A program made the translations under genes and the position numbers. A DNA stretch of 40,124 bases. Origin: an uncultured Chitinophagaceae bacterium (lineage in GTDB: Bacteria > Bacteroidota > Bacteroidia > Chitinophagales > LD1). The notes under the pieces were generated by a model. It searched no databases. It saw only the letters and a list, made by a program, of their open reading frames with translations, and had not been told where the DNA came from. Of the stretch, positions 24,801-33,202 are shown one piece after another (the stretch's first letter is position 1; each line of letters starts with the position of its first letter). The stretch lies in contig CAZSEG010000001.1 in NCBI GenBank assembly GCA_964605875.1, positions 28,465-68,588 on the forward strand, in the 5' to 3' direction.

Positions 24801-27734
24801 AGCAGCAAGAGCCACGCCACCGTCTAAGTAAACTCTGCGGCTCAAACCTGCTTGCCCTGTGCCGCCATTGCCGCCTTTACCGCCATTGCCACCGCGTCCT
24901 CCGTTACCGTTTGGTCTGTTATCGCAACGTCCAAACAATCCGTCTTCATAGCCCAAACCGCCACCGCCTCCTGTTCCTCCGCCACCGCCTGTTCCGCCTG
25001 TTCCGCCCGCTCCTGCGTTGCCCGCTGCAATGTTTGATTGATTAAAATTACCCGCGCTGCCATTCAGATATACATAAACGCCAAACGAAGCACCTCCGCC
25101 AAAACCACCGAAGCCGCCTGTTCCTCCGCCTCCACCTGCGCCACCGCCACCGCCTCCTGCGCCATTTGTCGCTGTTGCTCCGCCCGAAGCACCACCGCCA
25201 CCGCCCGACAATCCATGACCGCCCGCTACTCCGTTGCCGCCCGCTACGCCCGGGTTAAAAAATCCCGCTACAAATGTTCCCGCTTGTCCGGTTGCTCCGT
25301 CTGCTCCATCCGATCCGTTTGCTCCTGCACTGCCGGGTTGAGATGAACTGCCTGAAATGATTCCGATTTGCTGACAAGTGAATCCGCTCGCCCACGAACG
25401 GCGAGACCTCCGGCGCGCTGCTCCACCTGCTCCGCCACCATTTTGTCCCGGCTGACCTGCACCACCATTACCGCCACCACTATTGCTTCCTCCTGCTCCG
25501 CCACATCCCGATAATCCGCAAGCTCCCGCTCCGCCATTACCGCCACTGCCGTTGCTGCCGCCACTGCCCACTACTCCCGAAGAACCGCCCGCGCCTGTTG
25601 CGCCCGCGCTTGCGTTGCCCGCAATAATTTGTGTTCTCACAAAATCATAATTCGAGCAATTGCTTAAATGCACGCCATAGGTAGAAATTCCCGCGCCCGT
25701 TGTAAGCGGTGCTGCGGCTGTTCTGATGGTTATATCCTGAAAACGCACATAGCTTGCCGAGTTCAGATAAATTGCCACAATGCGCGGAGCATTCGGCATA
25801 CCTTCTATGTGATTCGGGTTAGTGCTGCTTCTGAAAATTTCCGTGATACCCGGTTGGCTCGATTTTGTCCATGTTGTTGCATCGAAACCGCCTTCAATAG
25901 TTGTATAACTTGAAATGCCTGTAATAGCTGAATCCGTAGCATAAACGCCCACTGCCAATTTCAGCCAAGAATTATTACACCTTGCTCTGCTGATGGCATC
26001 GCCCAAATTGGTTGGGCTTAGTTGTGTTCCATCGCCTGTGCCTGTTGTTGTTACATAGATAACATTGCAGCTTGCAGTTGGCGGTGGGGTGTTGGATGTT
26101 ATAGTTATTGGTGTTGGGTCGCTGGTGCAGCCGGCATTGTCGGTTGCCACAACTTCATAAGTGGTGGTTGTGGTTGGCGATGCAACCGGATTAGCGCAGT
26201 TGGTGCAACTTAAACCACCGGCAGGCGACCATGTAAAGTTATTTGCGGCAGTGCTGCTTGCCGTAAGCAATACAGAACCTCCCGAACAAATAGTTGCCGT
26301 AGCAGGGAAAATCGTTACCACAGGTTTTTGATTTACCGTTACCACCAGATTATCTGACGAAGAACAGCCGTCTGTATATTCCAACGAAACCGTATAAACG
26401 GTTGTTGAAACAGGCGATACGGTAATGGTTGAACCTTGATAGGTATTTGTTCCGTCAGTCCAAGTGTAGGCAACTCCATTGGTTGCTGTGGTACTTGCCG
26501 TTAGCGTAGCCGATGCACCTTGACAAATTATCTGATTCTGTCCGGCTTCTACGGGCGGGTTTGGATTAGGTTCAACAACTATGGCATAAGAATAGATGTT
26601 GCTTCCTTTCAACGGGCAGGCATTATCTTCAACTTTTACGGTGAAAGTATAAGTGCCGGGTTGAATGGTTGTTGGCGGTGTCCATGTAAAAGTTCCTGTC
26701 GGGCGATTGCCTCCGCTTGACGTGAAACTTGCTCCGGTAATGGCATTGTTCCATGAAATGGTAACAATGTTTGCGGCATCCACATCTGCGCTGTTAATAT
26801 TGAAACTGATTTGCGCTCCGGCACAAATTGTATCTCTGAAAGATGTTGTTCCGTTGATGCCGCTTGCTGTCGGCAGGCTGTTGTTACAATTGATAATTGT
26901 AAACTGCATATCGCGGGTTACCGAACCAATTAAAACTCCGTTGCGGTATTCATCCACTTTTACGGCAGCAACACCTGTTTGCTGTTGAGTCGGCACAAAA
27001 GTTATATCTCCGGTTACAGGGTCAATATTAAAACCGCTTGCAGTGGCAATCGGGTTGGTTGGGCTGTAAGGCGCGTTGTAAGTAACCTGCTGACCCGAAG
27101 TGTTGTAAGGCGTAGCCAACGAAAACACCAATGAATCGCCATCTATGTCCACCACACCGTGATTATAGTTTACGGAACTGTTCACGCAATAAAACGGAAC
27201 GGGGTCGTTCAAAAAACGAGGTGAACTGTTGCATGGCGAAAGCGTGTTATCCAATTTTGTTTCAATATAAGTTCCTTGATTAGATGGGTTATTCAAAGTA
27301 TTGATGGAAGCATTTCTGCAACATAAATCCCAGCTTAAAATCCAATCGTTGCCGCAACCTGCGGGAATATTGATAGTTCCTCTGTAATCAATTCTCTGAA
27401 CGCCATGCGTGCCGCTTGAATTGGTGCAGCTTGAAGTTACACCCGGGCAGCCGGAAAAAAGCGGAATCTCGGTTGGTCCGGCAATTCTGCTCAACGTTAC
27501 ATTATTGTTGATGCCGCATTGCGCAGAGCGGTAATTGATACTGATAGATGTTTCGGGACTTACACCTTTACAATCTCTGTACATGGTAAAATATACATCA
27601 TACCGACCCGGTGAAACACAGGCGTAAGTGATGTTGGAACCCATTACGTGGGTGGCGAATGTTTCCTTTGAAGAAAGTAACATCAGCGTTGCAAAAAACA
27701 GAACATTCAGGTAGCGTAAAGACTTGTTTATCAT
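21864..27734 (-). CDS. giant T9SS type B (gliding motility-associated C-terminal domain) surface protein with SprB repeats, Ig-like domains and a Gly-rich central region
   Basis: Probable start is the ATG at 27734 ([22 protein letters not shown]). There are at least five SprB-type repeats (for example '[27 protein letters not shown]' and '[27 protein letters not shown]'). The C-terminal '[19 protein letters not shown]...FRIYNRWGQ...WDG..KG...AGSYTYFI' is the CHU_C/type B sorting domain. Confidence 0.85.
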   Translation of the reverse strand: [1956 protein letters not shown]

Positions 27735-27859
27735 ACTATATTTTTTAGTCAGCGTGCGCGAAAGTAAGAGGTTATAGTTAATTTTCCGCACAAAAGACGA
27801 CAGCAGTGTATCATTCGTTGCGCAGCTTTCAATTTTGTTTGTTCATTTGCCTCTTTAAC

Positions 27860-28354
27860 ATGAAACAAAACATAATCCTTTGGACACTTTTGCAGGAGTT
27901 AATCGGCTGGATAATCACCGCATCGGTTGCTTACGTTTTGCTACTGCCCATTCTTCAAAAAATAGAATATAACTACCTGATTGAAAACGGGCTGTTTATT
28001 GTGGTGGGCATCACTTACCTGCGCTATTTTGTTTTCTTCAATTCCATCCGCTTTTTGCAGCCGAACTGGGTGAGGTTTTTACTGTTCACGGCAAACTGGG
28101 TGCTGTGGGTGTATATTTTAAATCGCGTGGAAATGCTGCTGCAACTCTATGACGAATTTGATGTGATAGATTTCGGTATGCCGCACACTGCGCTTTCGAG
28201 CGTGGAACAACGCGCTTTACTTGAATATCTTTACAAAGAAATTCTGCTTTCGGGCATTGTGTCTTTAACGGCAATTGCCTTGCTTAACATCCGCATCATG
28301 GGTGCTTACTGGCGGGTGGCAAAAGTGCGCTTCAGCCAGAGGATGCAGGAATGA
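27860..28354 (+). CDS. hypothetical integral membrane protein
   Basis: Four or five hydrophobic segments. ATG at 27860 (MKQNIILW) is preferred over the upstream GTG at 27806. Confidence 0.5.
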   Translation: MKQNIILWTLLQELIGWIITASVAYVLLLPILQKIEYNYLIENGLFIVVGITYLRYFVFFNSIRFLQPNWVRFLLFTANWVLWVYILNRVEMLLQLYDEFDVIDFGMPHTALSSVEQRALLEYLYKEILLSGIVSLTAIALLNIRIMGAYWRVAKVRFSQRMQE

Positions 28355-28440
28355 GAAACAGATGTGAGATGTTAGATATGAGATATTAGACTAACAGCCA
28401 TCGCCTGCGCTGAATCTGTAAATCCGTAAATCGTCAATCC

Positions 28441-28953
28441 TTAAAAGTCTTTAACGCTCGTGTTTTTTTTATAGGCTTCGGCATCCTGCCAACTGCTTTC
28501 GATGGTAATATCGAAACGCAAAAATTCATACTGCTTTAAAGTGAAGGTTACATCGCGCACCAACCATTGATACATGGTAACGCCATCTACCGTGCGCTCG
28601 TTGGCGTGTTCGCCAAATTTGAACTTCAAAATAAATTTCATCTGCTCGAAATCTTCTTTCGGACCTTCGGCAAATACTTTGAAAAAACGATTGTCGTCAT
28701 TAAAAATGTAGGCGAGTTTATTGAGGCGCACGTTGCCGATATTCATGGCATCGCCTTTAAGCACAAAAGCATTTTTTACGTTTAATGAACGGTCTTTAAT
28801 GAACTCTAATTTCTGACCATCGCGGTAAGCCGAGTCTAATTTTGAACCCCAGTAAATATCGCGGAAGTCGCTAACCGAAGCACCTTCTTTAGATTGTGCC
28901 GAAACGAACATAGCTGCCGGAATGACAAAAAGGGAAAGCAATAATTTTTTCAT
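28441..28953 (-). CDS. hypothetical secreted protein
   Basis: Signal peptide MKKLLLSLFVIPAAMFVSAQ. No recognisable domain. Confidence 0.5.
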   Translation of the reverse strand: MKKLLLSLFVIPAAMFVSAQSKEGASVSDFRDIYWGSKLDSAYRDGQKLEFIKDRSLNVKNAFVLKGDAMNIGNVRLNKLAYIFNDDNRFFKVFAEGPKEDFEQMKFILKFKFGEHANERTVDGVTMYQWLVRDVTFTLKQYEFLRFDITIESSWQDAEAYKKNTSVKDF

Positions 28954-29101
28954 TTCTTAAATAAATAATGTTGAATGATAGAATGGAGGCAAATGTGTGT
29001 GGTTTAATTGCCGTATGCAACTCCGATTTGTTAAGCATGGGATTTTTTTGTGGATAAGTGTGTAGGTTATACCAAACAAACCACATTTTGGAAAGGCTGT
29101 T

Positions 29102-30448
29102 TTATTTCTTAAATGCCTTAGTAGCAGCAATATCCAATCGCTCGCCATTGCGGTAGGCGATTACAAAAGCATCGGGATAGCCCTGTTCTGTTGCTTTGGG
29201 TTTTAGCTTTTCAGCTTCTTCGTAGGTGGCGAAGCTGCCCGTCATAAAGCGGTTGATACCGTTCGGAAGTGTTTCCACATCAATTTTGCCAAAGGTTTCT
29301 GTAAGTTGAGGATACCATTTCAAACCCTTTGAAGATGCGAACATTTGCAGCTTAAATACCAAGCCCGATGTGGCAGGCTCTTTCTTTTCAACCGCAACAG
29401 GTTTGGGCGTTTCTTTTACCGCAACTTCGGTTTTTGCAGGCTCTTGTTTAGGCTCAACCTTTGTTGGCGCAGGCTTGGGTTCTTCCTTCTTTACGGGTTC
29501 TTCTTTCACCGCAACAGGCTTGGGCGTTTCTTTTACGACAGTTGTTTTTGCAGGCTCGGTTTTTTGCACCTGCACTTTTTCGTTTTCCACTACGGGAGTT
29601 GCGCTTTTGGGCGGGTTGTTTTTATCTGCCACCTGCGAACTTGCGGTATCTTTTGATGCGTTTGTCAGTGGCTTGCCTGCTTTTTCAATATGCGCTTTGT
29701 AGCTGTTGAAAGCATTAAACAATCCATCGGCAATTTCATCCTGTCCTTCTTTGCTTGCCAGATACATTTCTTCCGTAGGGTTTGAAATAAAACCGATTTC
29801 CGCCAACAGCGATGGCATGGAAGTTTTGTATAACACAAAGAAACCCGCCTGCTTCACGCCCCGGCTGCCGCTGGTTTCTTTGCGCCCCGTCAGTTCAGCT
29901 TCTATACGCGCGGCAATGTCAATGCTTTGGTCTAAAAAAGCGTTTTGCTTCATGCTCATAATGATGTGTCCTTCGGGGCTGTTGGGGTTGAAGTCGTAAT
30001 TTTTTTCAACGTTGTCTTCTAATTCAATAACTGCGTTTTCGCGCTTGGCAACATCCAGATTATCCTGCGATTTGTGCAAACCCAACACATACGTGCTGCT
30101 GCCTTTTACCGAGCGGTTTTCGGCAGCGTTGCAGTGAATGGAAATAAATAAATCAGCTTTGTTTTTGTTGGCAAAATCGGCTCTGTCCACCAACGGAATA
30201 AACACATCAGTGCTGCGGGTATAAAGCACTTTTACTTCGGGATAGGCGTTATTTATTTTTTTGCCCAAAGCCAATGCCACCGCTAATGCCACGTTCTTTT
30301 CCTGCGTTTTATTCAAGCCGATTGCGCCCGGGTCTTTGCCTCCGTGTCCGGCATCTATCACCACTGTTTTCACGGCAAAAGTCGGTGGTGCAAAAGCAGA
30401 CAGATTTACCACTATTAACAACAAGGATAATATAACTATGTACCGCAC
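29102..30448 (-). CDS. N-acetylmuramoyl-L-alanine amidase (Amidase_3/AmiC type) with P/K/E-rich linker and C-terminal SPOR domain
   Basis: 'VVIDAGHGGKDPGA', 'SIHCNA' and 'AEIGFISN' amidase_3 motifs. The linker repeats 'VKETPKPVAV'. The C-terminal 'FKLQMFASS...GSFATYEEAEKL...GYPDAFVIAY' is SPOR-like. Confidence 0.85.
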   Translation of the reverse strand: MRYIVILSLLLIVVNLSAFAPPTFAVKTVVIDAGHGGKDPGAIGLNKTQEKNVALAVALALGKKINNAYPEVKVLYTRSTDVFIPLVDRADFANKNKADLFISIHCNAAENRSVKGSSTYVLGLHKSQDNLDVAKRENAVIELEDNVEKNYDFNPNSPEGHIIMSMKQNAFLDQSIDIAARIEAELTGRKETSGSRGVKQAGFFVLYKTSMPSLLAEIGFISNPTEEMYLASKEGQDEIADGLFNAFNSYKAHIEKAGKPLTNASKDTASSQVADKNNPPKSATPVVENEKVQVQKTEPAKTTVVKETPKPVAVKEEPVKKEEPKPAPTKVEPKQEPAKTEVAVKETPKPVAVEKKEPATSGLVFKLQMFASSKGLKWYPQLTETFGKIDVETLPNGINRFMTGSFATYEEAEKLKPKATEQGYPDAFVIAYRNGERLDIAATKAFKK

Positions 30449-30473
30449 GTTTTATTGAATTCTTAGTGCTCGT

Positions 30474-31256
30474 TTATGCTTCATAACCTCCTCTAATTTC
30501 GTTTAGCCAACTATCGGGGTTAATCGTTCCAAGCCAATTTTTCTTTGCTTTGTCCCTAAGTGATTTTAAATATTGTTCATCATATTTGGGTTGGTAATCA
30601 ACCAACTCAACAAATTTGAGCGTTGATTTATCAATTTCGCCTGTTTCAGAATGTTGCTTACCTGTGGCACGAATACCGAAACTTTTGTAAAGTAAATTTT
30701 CTTCGTAATCTTCTAAAAACGCCTTTGGCGTTTCTATTGTTACTGTTCCGAGTTCTTCGGTTGCAAGATGAATGTTTGCTTTGTCCTTTCCACCTGCATT
30801 TGTAACCTTGCCGTAAAAATAAAATTCAGCATCAGCCCAAATTGCCTCCGTTCTGTAAAAACGGGTCATTTTGTCCAATTTCACTTCGTTGGTTTGGTCA
30901 AGCGATGTTTTTATGCTGAAAACGTAATTCTTTTTAGTAGCAATGTTTTGGATATTTTCAAAGGCCTTTGCTGTTCTTATGTCTAGAAAATCAATGTTCT
31001 GTGTTTGATTTACTTGTCCGATTACAGCATTAAAACCAATGATAAACTGCATTGAGGTCTTGAAGATGTGCTTTACAGAACCTTCTTCAATACGGTAACT
31101 AATAGTTGGTCTGTCTTTTTTGTCGCCCGAATAAAGCAAATTTTCGGCATTTTCAAGCATAGCAATCAGTTCCCGAATATCGTAATTATCGGGCGACAGG
31201 TCAAGATTTCCCTTTGAACCTGTAATTCTGATTTCTATTGAACCGACCTTTTCCAC
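30474..31256 (-). CDS. hypothetical protein, no recognisable domain (first gene of the AT-rich accessory region)
   Basis: A 260-aa ORF with an ATG start, 26 nt upstream of the amidase gene on the same strand. I recognise no motif in it. Confidence 0.5.
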   Translation of the reverse strand: MEKVGSIEIRITGSKGNLDLSPDNYDIRELIAMLENAENLLYSGDKKDRPTISYRIEEGSVKHIFKTSMQFIIGFNAVIGQVNQTQNIDFLDIRTAKAFENIQNIATKKNYVFSIKTSLDQTNEVKLDKMTRFYRTEAIWADAEFYFYGKVTNAGGKDKANIHLATEELGTVTIETPKAFLEDYEENLLYKSFGIRATGKQHSETGEIDKSTLKFVELVDYQPKYDEQYLKSLRDKAKKNWLGTINPDSWLNEIRGGYEA

Positions 31257-31398
31257 ACTGCAAGGATAGCAAAAACAACACGATGTTTATATGTCAAATA
31301 GTAAAAACTTAACTGCCTGATGTTAAAAGCCTTGTTTTATTAAGGTTACTGGTAATTATATATTTGTTTAACCCATCTATTTGATTTATATTTAAGCC

Positions 31399-31971
31399 AT
31401 GAAATTCAAAAACATATTAGAGGTAGCTACGGTGTTTGCGGATAAAGCAAAGGCTACTGACTATTTGATACAGCTTAGATGGAATGGAAAGATTACATGC
31501 CCTGCCTGTAAGAGTGAAAAGGTGAGCATGTTGAAGGGCGCAAACAAAAGGTTTAAATGCTATGGTTGCCGCTCGCAATTTTCAGCAACCAAAGGAACTA
31601 TTTTTGAAAATAGTCCTATACCGCTTCAAAAGTGGTTCATGGCTATCTACCTGATTACTTCGCATAAGAAAGGCATTTCTTCTTTGCAATTAAGCAGGGA
31701 TATTTCCGTTACACAAAAGACTGCTTGGTTTATGCTGCAACGCATCAGGTTCGCACTGCAAAGCGGTTCATTTAATCATTCAGCCAGTGCAATAATTGAA
31801 GTTGATGAAACATTTGTTGGAGGGAAAGAAACTAACAAGCATGAAAGCAAGAAGTTAAACAAGAAAAACAAAAGCGGTGTTAATGTTACAAGAAAAGATA
31901 AAAAGGCTTCTCCGATAGAAGGCAAAGCAATTGTTTTTGGAATGATTGAGAGAGGCGGGTTACGTCAATAA
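31399..31971 (+). pseudogene. IS1595-family transposase, N-terminal fragment (3' truncated)
   Basis: Zn-ribbon 'CPACKSEKV...FKCYGCRSQFSATKGTIFENSPIPLQKWFMAIYL' and the start of the DDE domain 'IIEVDETFVGGKE...IVFGMIERGG', then an abrupt stop. The remaining ~120-140 aa of the DDE_Tnp_IS1595 domain (D, E residues) are absent. Confidence 0.75.
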
Positions 31972-32038
31972 GTTCTTGTCCGAATACGGTTGTCGTCCAA
32001 AGGAACAGTCCGATGATAAAAGTTATTTTTCTTGTCAT
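31886..32038 (-). pseudogene. orphan 5' fragment of a secreted-protein gene (signal peptide only)
   Basis: The minus-strand ATG at 32038 encodes MTRKITFIIGLFLWTTTVFGQE. The reading frame then runs antisense into the transposase remnant, so only the leader is plausibly genuine. Confidence 0.3.
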
Positions 32039-32169
32039 ATTACTTCTGTTTTGTCGTTGCGATGTCGTCTGTTAAGGTTGCCACCAACGTTTTACGGCTT
32101 TGCGTAGTGGCGGATTAGAAGAACAAACGTTGAATAGTATGGATTACAACGGAGCAAAACCCCGTTAAG

Positions 32170-32559
32170 TTGCAATTGCTGTTGGAGATGTTCGGCATTG
32201 ACGGCAATATTTTTGATTTTCTTTCTTTGGATGAAGCAGGCAGGATGTTGTTGTTCTCAAAGTTGATTGCCGTAATGCGTTATTCCGGCACTGAATGGAG
32301 CATTAAGGAAATGGCAAAGGCATTAGGCGCAACAACGGCAACAATAACCTACGGCTATGCAATCAGGCGCGATGGAACGATACGTTATGACGGCACACAT
32401 TACCACGATGGCGGAGGTTTGTTTTCGCGCTTTTCAATAACAGTATCCGTAACAGGTGTTTCCGCTCCGGCACAAGCATTGTTTGAAACGAATTTCAGAC
32501 TGCTAATGAAGCTATGGCAGCCCGTAAGAATACATTTGCGGGAGATTGTGTTTAATTGA
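32170..32559 (+). CDS. hypothetical protein, possibly a gene fragment (TTG start only)
   Basis: 129-aa ORF with no ATG start. The ending '...LMKLWQPVRIHLREIVF' faintly recalls the C-termini of phage baseplate YmfQ/DUF2313-like proteins. This is very uncertain. Confidence 0.3.
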   Translation: MQLLLEMFGIDGNIFDFLSLDEAGRMLLFSKLIAVMRYSGTEWSIKEMAKALGATTATITYGYAIRRDGTIRYDGTHYHDGGGLFSRFSITVSVTGVSAPAQALFETNFRLLMKLWQPVRIHLREIVFN

Positions 32560-32623
32560 TTTTAAAGTGGCTTAAACAGGCTTTAAATCATTGTTGAAAT
32601 ATACATTTTGTTTTACCAGCCCT

Positions 32624-32833
32624 TTAAATTTTTACAAATTTTGGAAATATACATTTTGTTTGGGTGGGAATACCAATACCAATGAAATAGTAATGTTTCA
32701 GTCCTTTGAAAGCAATGAACAGCATTAGCGAACCAAAAATAAATTCCCAAACGCCCAAACCACTATTCCAATAAACTCCGCCTGCACCGGCAATTAGTAT
32801 TGCATTTATTTTCTGTCGGTTTGGCTCTTTCAC
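32624..32833 (-). CDS. small hydrophobic protein (two predicted TM segments), possibly frameshifted
   Basis: The 69-aa ORF starts at a GTG. An ATG at 32878 opens a different frame (MTTKYFIDIEQYSLT...) that runs into this ORF, which suggests decay. Confidence 0.3.
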   Translation of the reverse strand: MKEPNRQKINAILIAGAGGVYWNSGLGVWEFIFGSLMLFIAFKGLKHYYFIGIGIPTQTKCIFPKFVKI

Positions 32834-32995
32834 GAGTCAAACTGTATTGCTCAATGTCAATAAAATATTTTGTTGTCATGTTGTTTTATGTTACTTGTTG
32901 TCTGTCTGTTTAAAATTACCGCTAACGGTTCGGGTATTGCCGCAGTGGGGGATTTTTAGCACAAATGTTCAATAGATGCACTACCGTTCGTTTAA

Positions 32996-33190
32996 GCACA
33001 AAAGTTTCATAGAAGCACTTCACCCCCCATTGCGGCAATACCTTGTTATCTGCTGCCCCTCTTTCAGTCGTTGTTTCGTCTGTCGGTTGAGCGTTGGAAA
33101 GCACACTCTTTTGCAAGTTTTGGTTTGTGCGGTTGCCTTGTGCGACTTGCAAATGTGTGTGCTTGTGCGTTGGCTTATGCTTTTGTCCCA
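32996..33190. repeat. non-coding island-boundary element, copy A
   Basis: Aligns by eye with 39178-39357 in the same orientation. Shared blocks are ATAGAAGCAC.TCACCCC, CTGCCC, CGTCTGT, GCGTTGG, CTCTTTTGCA, TGCAAATGTG and GCGTTGGCTT. It contains the TTTGCAAG/CTTGCAAA hairpin. Confidence 0.6.
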
Positions 33191-33202
33191 TTGGTTGAAA
33201 AG

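Noticed and set aside
24842-25564. Cluster of overlapping ORFs on both strands (24842..25063 -, 24852..25037 +, 25038..25346 +, 25268..25564 -), and the possibility that the repetitive tract is a CRISPR or other array.
   Set aside because: They are alternative-frame artefacts of the GC-rich Gly-codon tract inside the 5.9 kb adhesin ORF. There is no repeat-spacer periodicity.
29345-29709. Repetitive DNA and plus-strand ORFs inside the amidase gene.
   Set aside because: The repeats encode the P/K/E-rich linker (VKETPKPVAV...) between the Amidase_3 and SPOR domains, which is an ordinary low-complexity spacer. The plus-strand ORFs are antisense artefacts.
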